A stretch of DNA of 64,000 bases from an uncultured Gammaproteobacteria bacterium (lineage in GTDB: Bacteria; Patescibacteriota; Microgenomatia; CAZETR01; Amesbacteraceae): positions 905,553 to 969,552 of the forward strand of contig CAZFGX010000001.1 of the NCBI GenBank assembly GCA_964518565.1, written 5' to 3'. The number at the start of each line of letters is the position of its first letter. Position 1 is the first letter of the stretch. Below, one piece after another: positions 51,555 to 60,917 of the stretch. The translations under genes were made by a program, and so were the position numbers. Below the pieces are notes generated by a model. The model searched no databases, was not told the origin of the DNA, and worked only from the letters and a program-made list of their open reading frames with translations.

Positions 51555-52953
51555 ACCACAAAAACAAATATTGCAAAATAAAAATATACATCAAAACAAA
51601 CAATAGAACCAAAATGAGATAATAAATTTTCATCCTTGAAGCCAAAATAGTAATTTTTGATTTTGCCGCAAATGGTGCAGCAGCTATTAACAACAAAGGT
51701 ACAAAATATTTACCTTGTACGCCATTTACCCACACGACATCTGCTGCGGTATTCGCTATAAATAAATACATATAAAGCAAGATAACCGACGAAACAACAC
51801 CAAAAACCAACAATCTTTTCTCTACTAAATAAAATGAAAATTTATCAACTACTCCATCCATCCACAATCCCAATACAGACATAAGTCCTAAAACAACAAC
51901 TCCCATTCCAAAATAAAAACGTACATCCAATCCTAGATAACCAAAAAATTCAGCCGGCAAAAAAGCAATAGTCATAGCAGATGTGTACAACGATGCTTTA
52001 ATAAAAATCAAAGGATGAAAAATTATTTGTTTTATTTGATACAACTGATCAAAACGGAAATCTGTGCCCTCTAGCAAATGCACATTTGATTCTTGAAAAA
52101 ACGTGTACTGATCCATCCGAGTGGCATTATTTACAGATGGATGAAACAAAAATACACTAGTCAAATAATAAAAAATTATTCCTAGAACCAAAATATTGAC
52201 TCCGATCAATAACTTTCTAAGCAAGAAAAATTTCTGAAAAAGTAAAAAGCTAAATACAAAAAAAATAGGGTAATAAAACGGTTTCAAAATAACTGCCGCT
52301 ATACCAGGCAAACAACACATCAACCACCATTTAGATATTGACCGAAAACGTATAAGTCTCAAAAAAACCGCAAACAATAAAAAAAGTCCCGGAGTTGAAA
52401 GTGAGTCATAACTAATAGTTGCAAAATGTAGTAAAACTACCGGCAATAAACCAAGCGCAAAAAATAGTCGTTTAAAATCAGGCGTAATACGAATCGCAGC
52501 AGCAACCAACAATAGACCAAATACTGAATTAAACACTCTTCCAAAATACAATTCATGAATTGGCGATAAACTAAAAAAATGAGCCAAAAAAATTCCAACT
52601 GCTGCTGCAGTATGACCATACAAAGGCGCTCCACAGACTAATGTCCTGACTGATTGATATGAAGAATCAGGCAGAGACTGGTATGAAAAAACTCGAGTCC
52701 AGTCAAATCCAGGCGGTGGAACAACCATAGATTTATCCAGTCCCATTTGCTCAATCAAATGTAATCGATTTTTTGAAATCAGATGCTGACCATCGTTACA
52801 AAAAACATGACCTTCTACCAATGCACTTGCAGCCAAATAATGTCTTTGCTCGTCAGGAATACGAAACGGAGGAATAAATATAGCAAAAAACACACAAGCC
52901 AAACCACCAAACACCAAATAAATGACAGGCAATTTTTTTTCAAAAACTCTCAT
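51541..52953 (-). CDS. DUF2142-like polytopic membrane protein (putative GT-C-type glycosyltransferase)
   Basis: 470 aa with more than ten TM segments. N-terminal PDEQRHY motif. Confidence 0.45.
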   Translation of the reverse strand: MRVFEKKLPVIYLVFGGLACVFFAIFIPPFRIPDEQRHYLAASALVEGHVFCNDGQHLISKNRLHLIEQMGLDKSMVVPPPGFDWTRVFSYQSLPDSSYQSVRTLVCGAPLYGHTAAAVGIFLAHFFSLSPIHELYFGRVFNSVFGLLLVAAAIRITPDFKRLFFALGLLPVVLLHFATISYDSLSTPGLFLLFAVFLRLIRFRSISKWWLMCCLPGIAAVILKPFYYPIFFVFSFLLFQKFFLLRKLLIGVNILVLGIIFYYLTSVFLFHPSVNNATRMDQYTFFQESNVHLLEGTDFRFDQLYQIKQIIFHPLIFIKASLYTSAMTIAFLPAEFFGYLGLDVRFYFGMGVVVLGLMSVLGLWMDGVVDKFSFYLVEKRLLVFGVVSSVILLYMYLFIANTAADVVWVNGVQGKYFVPLLLIAAAPFAAKSKITILASRMKIYYLILVLLFVLMYIFILQYLFLWYGYK

Positions 52954-54464
52954 TTTGACGGCGCAGCATAAATAATAGCCGTTTTATCCTCGTAGACATT
53001 GTGCCACCCTGCCTCCTCAAGTGTATGTAAAAACTGCACCGGTTCCTTATAATTCAAAAATTGTAGAACCATATTTGGCACAGGAAAGTTTAACAAGCTC
53101 GAAGTCTTTACTCCAGGTTTAGGCCACAACACTCTCTGTATTTTATATTTTTCAAAATATGGTTGAAAATTTCCTTTTTCCGAAATATCTATGATATCTG
53201 CAAATGCCGATAGACTCTCCTCTTCTGGAGCCATATCTCTTTTCCAAATAGCCATTCGTCCATCAATAAATACTTTTTTCTCTGGATATTGCCAGATCAA
53301 ATACCCTCCCCATCCATATTCAGCCAACAAATTACCTTCAAATGGATGCTCCTTCAAATACTCAATCGCTCCAATAGGATAATATCGACTTCTATTCGGA
53401 TCGGCCAATTGACTCACTAGTTGCCAACCACACACCCACACAAAAAATAACCCAGCAATCCCCAGCAACACTCCAAAAAATATTTTTGCCCGCGCCAAAT
53501 TACCCGCCACCAACCGTTCAAACTCAGCAAACACTTTGGGCCACAAAAACAAAAACAGCACCGCAAATAATGCTACATGACGAGTACTCAATATTGCTTC
53601 CAATATAATCGCTCCTATAAGCAACCCTGTCCAAGACGAAAATCTGGATCGAAAATACCAGTATCCAAATCCCAAAAGTACTGCTGCAAAAATAAACGCG
53701 GGTTCGAAATTAAACACTGAAGGCATCCACTCGATAATGTAAGTGCGCATTTGGTTCCCCCACAAAGTCATACCCACTTCCCGCCACAATTCAAATCCAT
53801 AGGGAGTTAACAACGTCACAACCAAACCAGTTACCCAGGCTAATAAATCTTTCCACAAAATCCTTTTTTTCATCCAAGATTCCACCACTGCCGTCATCGC
53901 CCACACCGCCAATCCCACAATAAACCCTCCGTGTAAATTTGCCCAAAACCAAATACACGTAACCAATGCAAGATATCTCAACCTTGAGGTCCAATGTAAC
54001 ACCCGAAGAAAAATTGCAAACAACAACCAATCTACTACCTGTGTTCGTACAGAAAATCTCAACAAAAACATTGGCGCAGCCAACAACAAACCCAATACCG
54101 ATCGCAAAGAATATTCGGGGTAAACAGCCACCAAAACGGTCAAAACCACAATTGCTGCATATAATCCAGCCAAAACCGTCATTCCCAATTTCGGATAAAC
54201 TATTGCCCAAATCACATCTGACAACCAAGCATGATCCACATAGGGATAACTTGGCATGGTGTAGGAAAATGGGTCTGTTTTTGGAATCTGTCGATGTTGC
54301 ACAACATAATTTCCCGTCATCAAATGCCAACCAAAATCTGGATCCAGTCGCACTGCCGCCTGAACAGAAAATATTCCAAAAATTATTATCAATAAAAGCC
54401 ACCACATCCATTTCATAAGTAAAACTAAGTATACGTTACTCTCGAACAAAAATTTGTGCTTCAC
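52950..54464 (-). CDS. polytopic membrane protein, putative GT-C-fold glycosyltransferase
   Basis: 504 aa. N-terminal block RLDPDFGWHLMTGNY…PKTDPFSYTMPSYPYVDHAWL, then about ten TM segments and a C-terminal soluble domain. Confidence 0.45.
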   Translation of the reverse strand: MKHKFLFESNVYLVLLMKWMWWLLLIIIFGIFSVQAAVRLDPDFGWHLMTGNYVVQHRQIPKTDPFSYTMPSYPYVDHAWLSDVIWAIVYPKLGMTVLAGLYAAIVVLTVLVAVYPEYSLRSVLGLLLAAPMFLLRFSVRTQVVDWLLFAIFLRVLHWTSRLRYLALVTCIWFWANLHGGFIVGLAVWAMTAVVESWMKKRILWKDLLAWVTGLVVTLLTPYGFELWREVGMTLWGNQMRTYIIEWMPSVFNFEPAFIFAAVLLGFGYWYFRSRFSSWTGLLIGAIILEAILSTRHVALFAVLFLFLWPKVFAEFERLVAGNLARAKIFFGVLLGIAGLFFVWVCGWQLVSQLADPNRSRYYPIGAIEYLKEHPFEGNLLAEYGWGGYLIWQYPEKKVFIDGRMAIWKRDMAPEEESLSAFADIIDISEKGNFQPYFEKYKIQRVLWPKPGVKTSSLLNFPVPNMVLQFLNYKEPVQFLHTLEEAGWHNVYEDKTAIIYAAPSK

Positions 54465-55911
54465 TATCTTTATATTCCTCGATCCAACCGTTTTGTAACA
54501 AATAACTCGAGAATTGTTCTATATCTGCAGCTGGATAAACACCTATTCGTTTCCAAAATCTATCTTTCCAAGACTCCTCTGAAACCACTGGCCAAAGAAC
54601 TCGTCGTATATTAAATTTATCAAACAATTGACGAGAGTTTCCATTTCGAATCGATAAATAATCCCACATAGCATACTGACTCTCCGCTGCATTAGCCCGC
54701 CATTGACTCCAGGAACCTTCTCTCCAAGACGGCATTCTTCCATCAATAAACATTTTTCTCTCGGGGTATTGCCAGATCAAATATCCTCCCCATTGATAAG
54801 CCGCAAACAAGTTTCCTTGAATATTTTGGTTTTTTAAAAAATTCACAGCCTCAACTGGATACCCAAAAAATCTTCCTTGACCAATAGTCTGAATAAAATT
54901 CCAGCTCGCCTGTAAATCAATAACCAAAGCGACCCCTACTAAAATGCCTCCAAACACATTCATTCTATGTTTCGCTACTGAGTTATTGTTCATCTCATCG
55001 GCAAAATGTTTTAAAATTGACCCAGAAACCCATATAGCAACGAGCACAAAAAATGCCGCATGTCGCACACTCAAACAGCTCATTATTAATGTAACCAAAA
55101 ACAAACCTAATTGCTCCGCAGACAATCGACGCTTCCATATCCACACCAAGGCGGCAGAAAATGCAAGAATCATCATAGTACCAAACTCTAAATATTTATA
55201 TATCGGTTGCCATTCTTGAATAAATTTCGGCAAATTTTTATCACTCATTTGCATCCATACCTCCGTCCAAATCCGATAACCATACGGAGTAATAAATGTC
55301 GCCAAAACAACAAAAATACCAATCAATAGATCAATAAATACAATTCGTTTTTGTCGAAAAAATTTCACCAAACTAAAAAATCCCACCACTCCTACTCCCC
55401 AAACCACGCTTCCATGCATATTAGACCAAAACAAAAACAATATTGGTAAACTCCATCGCCATTTGCGCCAATTCGCGTCAGCAAAAATCTTCAAAACCAA
55501 AGCAAAAAATACCCAGCTCAAAACCTGGGGCCGTATTCCTGCACGATTCCACAAAACAGAGACTCCTAAAAATACAGGGATGACAAAAAATTGCCAGTCA
55601 TGTCTATTAATCACCAAAAAGAGCGCCACTGTCGCAATCAGAGCAAATAATATTGCCAATCCACCAAAACCAATCGTATCGTATCCCACAGCCAAACCCA
55701 AATTCGTTAGCCATTCATGATCGACAAATGGAAAACTAGGCATTGTATAAGAAAACGGGTCAATCTTTGGCACTCGACCTTCTTGCAAAACATGCTTTCC
55801 CAGCTGGTAATGCCAACCAAAATCTGGATCCAATCGAAAAAATCCCGCCACCCAAAATACAGCTGCGATAAAAAAAATTCCCACCCAAAATCCCGCCAAT
55901 CGAAGATTCAT
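54436..55911 (-). CDS. polytopic membrane protein, paralog of 52950..54464
   Basis: 491 aa. RLDPDFGWHYQLGKH…PKIDPFSYTMPSFPFVDHEWL. Same architecture as its neighbour. Confidence 0.45.
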   Translation of the reverse strand: MNLRLAGFWVGIFFIAAVFWVAGFFRLDPDFGWHYQLGKHVLQEGRVPKIDPFSYTMPSFPFVDHEWLTNLGLAVGYDTIGFGGLAILFALIATVALFLVINRHDWQFFVIPVFLGVSVLWNRAGIRPQVLSWVFFALVLKIFADANWRKWRWSLPILFLFWSNMHGSVVWGVGVVGFFSLVKFFRQKRIVFIDLLIGIFVVLATFITPYGYRIWTEVWMQMSDKNLPKFIQEWQPIYKYLEFGTMMILAFSAALVWIWKRRLSAEQLGLFLVTLIMSCLSVRHAAFFVLVAIWVSGSILKHFADEMNNNSVAKHRMNVFGGILVGVALVIDLQASWNFIQTIGQGRFFGYPVEAVNFLKNQNIQGNLFAAYQWGGYLIWQYPERKMFIDGRMPSWREGSWSQWRANAAESQYAMWDYLSIRNGNSRQLFDKFNIRRVLWPVVSEESWKDRFWKRIGVYPAADIEQFSSYLLQNGWIEEYKDSEAQIFVRE

Positions 55912-55983
55912 AGCTAAAGTATACGGGACAAATGGTAAAATTAAGGCCTAAAACTAGGCTGTCGGAAGACACATTCACAATTT

Positions 55984-56055
55984 GCTCTCGTAGCTCAATG
56001 GATAGAGTAACAGTTTGCGGAACTGTTGATGCAGGTTCGATTCCTGCCGGGAGCA
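55984..56055 (+). tRNA. tRNA-Arg (anticodon reads GCG)
   Basis: GCUCUCG-UA-GCUC-AAUGGAUA-GAGU-A-ACAGU-UUGCGGA-ACUGU-UGAU-GCAGG-UUCGAUU-CCUGC-CGGGAGC-A. The D-arm matches E. coli tRNA-Arg. The 3' end is CCCA, so CCA is not cleanly encoded. Confidence 0.7.
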
Positions 56056-56065
56056 CCCAACCTTT

Positions 56066-56155
56066 GGAGAGGTGCAGGAGTGGTTGATCTGGCCGCTCTC
56101 GAAAAGCGGTAGGGCGGTAACGTCCTCGTGGGTTCAAATCCCACCCTCTCCGCCA
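56066..56155 (+). tRNA. tRNA-Ser(CGA)
   Basis: GGAGAGG acceptor, anticodon loop CUCGAAA, long variable arm, T-arm GUGGGUUCAAAUCCCAC, then CCUCUCC-G-CCA. Confidence 0.8.
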
Positions 56156-56163
56156 CGCCAAAT

Positions 56164-56235
56164 GCCCTCATAGCTCAACGGATAGAGTACCAGTTTCCGG
56201 AACTGATGATGATGGTTCAATTCCATCTGAGGGCA
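56164..56235 (+). tRNA. tRNA-Arg(CCG)
   Basis: GCCCUCA-UA-GCUC-AACGGAUA-GAGU…anticodon loop UUCCGGA…T-loop UUCAAUU…UGAGGGC-A. No CCA encoded. Confidence 0.75.
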
Positions 56236-56763
56236 CTACTTCACCAATTTAGCTTCCGATAATGGAAACTTATCTCCCAACCACTTCCCCATTTTATCCA
56301 TATCCGTATCAGCTGGTCGTTCATGCAAAAGTAAAGTGTTCATGACTTTTTCGACCTGCATAGGCTTTGTCTCCCCGAGCGGTACAACAACCCGTCCCAC
56401 AATCTCAGCTGGTGTCTCCAAACACAACAATTCATGCTCCCATTTTGTCTCCATCCACCACCGAGTAAACACGTTCCATTCATACAATTTTCCCGCTATA
56501 CGCAATCCTCTACTCGTAATTTTATAGTCAATCAATTCCGCCGGCACCACAGACCAGGTGTAATACGCAAACACCAATGCTGCTACGACAGCGATGAGCA
56601 TCCATTCTCCTGCCGTAATTAAAATCACTCCCACCAAAAAAGCAATTACCAATGGCAAAGTCATAAACCCCTTACCTTTTTTTTGATACGGCCGCGCTGG
56701 CGCCCGCCATTCTAAATAAATTTGTTCTTGTATTGGAGTGTTTACCGAAGCACGATCTTCCAT
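56236..56763 (-). CDS. hypothetical membrane protein
   Basis: 175 aa with two central TM segments. Confidence 0.4.
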   Translation of the reverse strand: MEDRASVNTPIQEQIYLEWRAPARPYQKKGKGFMTLPLVIAFLVGVILITAGEWMLIAVVAALVFAYYTWSVVPAELIDYKITSRGLRIAGKLYEWNVFTRWWMETKWEHELLCLETPAEIVGRVVVPLGETKPMQVEKVMNTLLLHERPADTDMDKMGKWLGDKFPLSEAKLVK

Positions 56764-56776
56764 TGATTTAAATATA

Positions 56777-57679
56777 TCACACCGACTTCTCTAGTCGCTG
56801 CTGGACTTTCAGCTCACAAATCTGACTACAAGAGCTCAAGTGTTTTAGCTCACAATTCTCACACCCCACAAACAACTCATCACATCCAAACGCCGCACAA
56901 TCAACCAATCTCGTAACACTCTTTTTACAATATATACATGTAGATATCACGACTGGATTTACTTTATTTACCGCCACATGCAATCTCTTATCAAACACAA
57001 ACATCTCACCCTCAAAATATTTCCCCCCCGTCTTTTCCCCATATTGAAAAATCCCCCCATGTAGTTGACGGACCTTTTTAAATCCCCTCTCTTTCAAATA
57101 AGCCGATGCCTTCTCGCATCTGACCCCACCCGTACAGTATGTCACCACTTGCTTGTCTTTATATTTACCCAAACTATTCTCTACAAAAGCTGGAAAATCT
57201 CTAAAATTATCCAGTTTCGGTGTAATCGCATTCTTAAACTTTCCTACACTCATCTCATAATCATTTCTAGCGTCAACCAGCACCACATCTTCACCGTTCT
57301 CATATAGCTTCTCCAGTTCCTCTGGTTCAATATAATCAGCCCTGTTGGCAATATCTACATCGGTTCCTGTCTTTTTAACCCCCAACGTCACGATTTCGTC
57401 TCTCACCACGACTCTCAATTTTGGAAACACTTGTTCGCCGGCATAAGACACCTTCCATTCCATATCCGCAAACTCTATTCTCATATTCGTCTCCTCCATA
57501 TATACTTCTACATTTTTCTCCTCACCCGCCACCGTCCCATTCATCCCTTCAGTCGATACGATTATCCTGCCTTTCAAACCCAACCGTTCACACAGTCCTC
57601 TCTGCCATCCACGCACCTCTTCCGGATTTTCCAAAGAAATATATTTGTAATATAGCAAAATTTTAAATTGGTTTACCAT
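56777..57679 (-). CDS. rhodanese-domain protein, TrhO/YceA (UPF0176) family
   Basis: Start moved to the internal ATG at 57679 (MVNQFKILLYYKY…). Rhodanese active-site region YCTGGVRCEKASAYL. C-terminal CxxC…C cluster. Confidence 0.7.
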   Translation of the reverse strand: MVNQFKILLYYKYISLENPEEVRGWQRGLCERLGLKGRIIVSTEGMNGTVAGEEKNVEVYMEETNMRIEFADMEWKVSYAGEQVFPKLRVVVRDEIVTLGVKKTGTDVDIANRADYIEPEELEKLYENGEDVVLVDARNDYEMSVGKFKNAITPKLDNFRDFPAFVENSLGKYKDKQVVTYCTGGVRCEKASAYLKERGFKKVRQLHGGIFQYGEKTGGKYFEGEMFVFDKRLHVAVNKVNPVVISTCIYCKKSVTRLVDCAAFGCDELFVGCENCELKHLSSCSQICELKVQQRLEKSV

Positions 57680-57732
57680 AATTTCATATTTTATCAGCTT
57701 CAAGGTAAAATACTCCAAACCAGTCCATTTCA

Positions 57733-57819
57733 GGAGAGGTCGCATAGTGGCCTAGTGCGGAGGTCTTGAAAACCTCTGTGGCGGCAACGTCACCGTGGGT
57801 TCGAATCCCACCCTCTCCG
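57733..57819 (+). tRNA. tRNA-Ser(UGA)
   Basis: GGAGAGG-UC-GCAU…anticodon loop CUUGAAA, long variable arm, GUGGGUUCGAAUCCCAC-CCUCUCC-G. Confidence 0.8.
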
Positions 57820-57839
57820 CAAAAAACCAAGCCACATCT

Positions 57840-57924
57840 GGAGGGGTCGCATAGTGGCCGAGTGCAGCGGTTTACTAAACCGCCATATCGCAAGATATCG
57901 CGAGTTCGAATCTCGCCCCCTCCG
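57840..57924 (+). tRNA. type II (Ser-like) tRNA whose anticodon reads ACU
   Basis: GGAGGGG-UC-GCAU-AGUGGCCGA-GUGC-A-GCGGU-UUACUAA-ACCGC, hairpin variable arm, GCGAG-UUCGAAU-CUCGC-CCCCUCC-G. A34 is unexpected for a bacterial tRNA-Ser (normally GCU). Confidence 0.55.
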
Positions 57925-58148
57925 CAGAAGGTCTTCGGTTGCTCCAAGACCCATCTACTATGCTCGATTAGCCCTATGTGGCTTGCTAAAAAGACGCTAA
58001 GAATCGCAAGTATCCCAAACATAGCCTGTAATGTATAAAATCGCCTAAATGGCCCTCAAGGTATTTGCGCTCGGTTCTAAGCTTTTGATGAAAAGAGCTG
58101 CTTTAGCCCTACGTTAGTGAAAAATCCTCGTTCTAATCTCGTTTTTCC

Positions 58149-58796
58149 TTACTTGAAGTTAAATGTGGGGAGTATTTGATCAGTAATTGCTTTATTTGCT
58201 GGAGTCGGAGGAAGAGTTGAGACAGAAAACAGCTTATTGCCTTTTAAAACGATAGTTATATATCGTGTTTTTGGTCCTAGAATAAGACCTTCAATTCCTT
58301 TATAGCCATCAATCGTAGTTTCTTTAATGCTCGCTGGATCCATTTCTGTTTTTGTTCGTTCTAAATCTTGTTCAGTCGCATCTTTATATTGTTCATATAA
58401 ACCATACATTTGATACTCAGGATTATTCTCTGTGCCTTTGGTTAGAAAGAACCCAGCAGTTCGGATGCTTCCTGCGTTATCAGCAATTTCTTTACGGTAA
58501 ACGAGATCTTTGGGATGTTGAAGGGACAATCCGATTTCATCTATCATTTCTGATTGCAGATCGGGGCTGGTAGGTACTTGCTTAGTAAAGTTCCTGCCGT
58601 CAGGAGTTTTACATTGCTCAGGATAGCTCTCCATGATGGGGTATCCCGCTTGAGCACATTCCTCAAAAGTACTAATACTCTGTACTTTTGAAATTTTCTG
58701 ATATTTCCACACAACAACACTAGCGATAAGGAGAACGACGAAAACTGCGATGAGTTTGATATTTTTATTCATCATCATACGTATGTATTGTATCAA
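58149..58796 (-). CDS. membrane-anchored hypothetical protein
   Basis: 215 aa with an N-terminal TM. Confidence 0.4.
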   Translation of the reverse strand: MIQYIRMMMNKNIKLIAVFVVLLIASVVVWKYQKISKVQSISTFEECAQAGYPIMESYPEQCKTPDGRNFTKQVPTSPDLQSEMIDEIGLSLQHPKDLVYRKEIADNAGSIRTAGFFLTKGTENNPEYQMYGLYEQYKDATEQDLERTKTEMDPASIKETTIDGYKGIEGLILGPKTRYITIVLKGNKLFSVSTLPPTPANKAITDQILPTFNFK

Positions 58797-58802
58797 TTTT
58801 TG

Positions 58803-60116
58803 TCAGATAAGGCTAAGCTGTCTGTCTCTCAGGCTGAATTTCGAATTTACACCTTTGAGGATTTTGAGTCTTTCCTCTGGAGTTCCAAATTGAAGAACGT
58901 GGAGTAAATATTCTTTGAGCATTTCGGTATGTGTTTCGCTATATTCTCTCGGACTCTGGTCGCCTGTGTTATGAGGAGTGATTTCTACTCTGGGTATATA
59001 GTCACTAATCACGTTTGCTTTGAAATGTTGCAGTCTTTTTACTTCTACTTCAAACTCTTGCATCAGATATGAGGTGTTTAGTTTGATTTTTGGTAGATAA
59101 CCGATTAGTTGTTTGATCAACTCTTGCTCTGTAATGTATGGCTCGGGGCAATCATATTTCTTGATGCGATTACAGTGATAATAAATGTGCGAATTTACTA
59201 TGTTTGCTTTCGTTCTTCGGTATTTTAGTTCAGCGGTTACACTTCCACCGCACGACCCGCAGATACAAATTTTCTTGAACGGAAACAGTTGTTTATTCCA
59301 TTGTCTCGGTGCAACTTGAAGTTGAATTTGCACCCTTTCAAATAACGCTTTTGTGATGAGTGGTTCATAGGTTCCTTTGTACCAGATATTTCCGTACTGA
59401 AACTCGCCGTAGTAAAAAGCGTTTTGGAGAGCAACGTAGATTTTACTCAGAGGCATTTTGCATCCACTCTTTGTGGTAAATCCTATGTCATCCAACCATT
59501 TCTTGACCATCCGTCCTGAGAATCCTTGATCGGCAACCTTATGAAATATTTGTTTGATAACTGGTGCTCGTTCAGGATCGAGTTCCACCGTTGATATCCG
59601 GTTTACTTTTAGGACATTTCTATACCCAATTGGTGCAACTCCAGGTCTGATTCCAATCTGACATTTATTGCGTAACCCTCGTTTAACATTCACACCTCGA
59701 TTATCATTCTCCAGCTTTGCTTGTGAGCAGAGAATCATCAGTAAGAATTTCTCGTTGGGATTATCGGTAAACGATTGAGAGTAGGTTTTGATATGGGTCA
59801 GTTTTCCTTGATCCATTAAATCAACAATTCGTCCTAAATCTCCAGCATTTCGAGATAACCGATCAGGAGCCCATGTGAGAATACTGTTGTATCGTCCTTC
59901 AGTTACTCCAAGCAGAAGATTGTTAAACTCTGGTCGTTGGCCCGATTCTTTGGCTGAGTGGCTTTCTGTAATTGTCTCAGTAATATCAAGTTTTTCTCGC
60001 TTTGCAAGAAGTTGCATTTCTTTAAGTTGACCGTCAATCGACATTGCTTGCCGTTCATCCGATTCGCTTGATTTACGGGCGTATAAGCAGTATTTCAGCC
60101 TGGTAGCATCTTTCAT
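58803..60116 (-). CDS. large serine recombinase (resolvase/invertase catalytic domain + recombinase domain + zinc ribbon)
   Basis: Start moved to MKDATRLKYCLYARKSSESDE… (catalytic Ser in YARKSS). Downstream DRLSRN and a C-terminal CxxC…C ribbon. 438 aa. Confidence 0.8.
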   Translation of the reverse strand: MKDATRLKYCLYARKSSESDERQAMSIDGQLKEMQLLAKREKLDITETITESHSAKESGQRPEFNNLLLGVTEGRYNSILTWAPDRLSRNAGDLGRIVDLMDQGKLTHIKTYSQSFTDNPNEKFLLMILCSQAKLENDNRGVNVKRGLRNKCQIGIRPGVAPIGYRNVLKVNRISTVELDPERAPVIKQIFHKVADQGFSGRMVKKWLDDIGFTTKSGCKMPLSKIYVALQNAFYYGEFQYGNIWYKGTYEPLITKALFERVQIQLQVAPRQWNKQLFPFKKICICGSCGGSVTAELKYRRTKANIVNSHIYYHCNRIKKYDCPEPYITEQELIKQLIGYLPKIKLNTSYLMQEFEVEVKRLQHFKANVISDYIPRVEITPHNTGDQSPREYSETHTEMLKEYLLHVLQFGTPEERLKILKGVNSKFSLRDRQLSLI

Positions 60117-60207
60117 CAGGTACAAGGTACCGCAAAGGTTCTGGAAGTCTAGTCGGGGAATACTATAACCCCGCGATGAAAACCTCCAACCTTTAAGGAC
60201 TCTCTTT

Positions 60208-60402
60208 TTACTTACTAGTCCAAGCAAAAAAATGAGTTATTAAAGTAAAACCGAGGGCAATCCATCCGACAATTGCTGGTAAAAATGCATTGCCAACCAG
60301 GTAGTGCTGCAATAAAATTGCCGCACCAAATCCTCCAACTGCGTGGGAAAGACTTGATAACATAACGTGCTTTGACCAATAATTTATAGGTTTTTCAATC
60401 AT
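60208..60402 (-). CDS. small two-TM membrane protein (paralog of 62091..62285)
   Basis: 64 aa. YWSKHVMLSSLSHAVGGFGAAILLQ…, about 65% identical to its paralog. Confidence 0.45.
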   Translation of the reverse strand: MIEKPINYWSKHVMLSSLSHAVGGFGAAILLQHYLVGNAFLPAIVGWIALGFTLITHFFAWTSK

Positions 60403-60404
60403 TT

Positions 60405-60917
60405 TTATACACCTCCTTTCTTAATTTTATTTTTGTTATAATTTTTCAGTATTCTCCAGGAAATATATGTAGAGAAAATTGCTACGGTTATGCTTGTAAA
60501 TATATCAATCGGATGATGCACCTCTGCAAGTATCCGCGCAAAACCCACAAGTAATCCTAATAGAAATAAGACTGATCCTAAGCGTTTATTAAAAACGAAT
60601 ACTATCGAGGCAATACTCATCACAAGTAATGTGTGATCTGATGGAAATCCATTATTTGCTGCATGAGGAATAAGAGGCTTTACATGTTCGACTACGAAAG
60701 GTCGTGGATTATAGAACAACCTCCCAAGAATATTGGCAATAATAAAGGCAAGAGGTAAGGTAAGAAGCACTAATTTGAGGATATCTTTTCTTGCTGTTTG
60801 GTTTGTAAAAACTACTGCAGTGATTGCAATCAAAGTGATGACTATATAAAGATAATTTGCTAAAAGAATGATAATTGAGTTAATCATAGTTCTTAAGAGT
60901 AATTGCCTCATCCGCAA
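60405..60917 (-). CDS. PAP2-family phosphatase (type 2 phosphatidic acid/undecaprenyl-PP phosphatase-like)
   Basis: 170 aa. Membrane protein with the PSDH and SxH…R-type motifs (GFPSDHTLLV). Confidence 0.65.
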   Translation of the reverse strand: MRMRQLLLRTMINSIIILLANYLYIVITLIAITAVVFTNQTARKDILKLVLLTLPLAFIIANILGRLFYNPRPFVVEHVKPLIPHAANNGFPSDHTLLVMSIASIVFVFNKRLGSVLFLLGLLVGFARILAEVHHPIDIFTSITVAIFSTYISWRILKNYNKNKIKKGGV

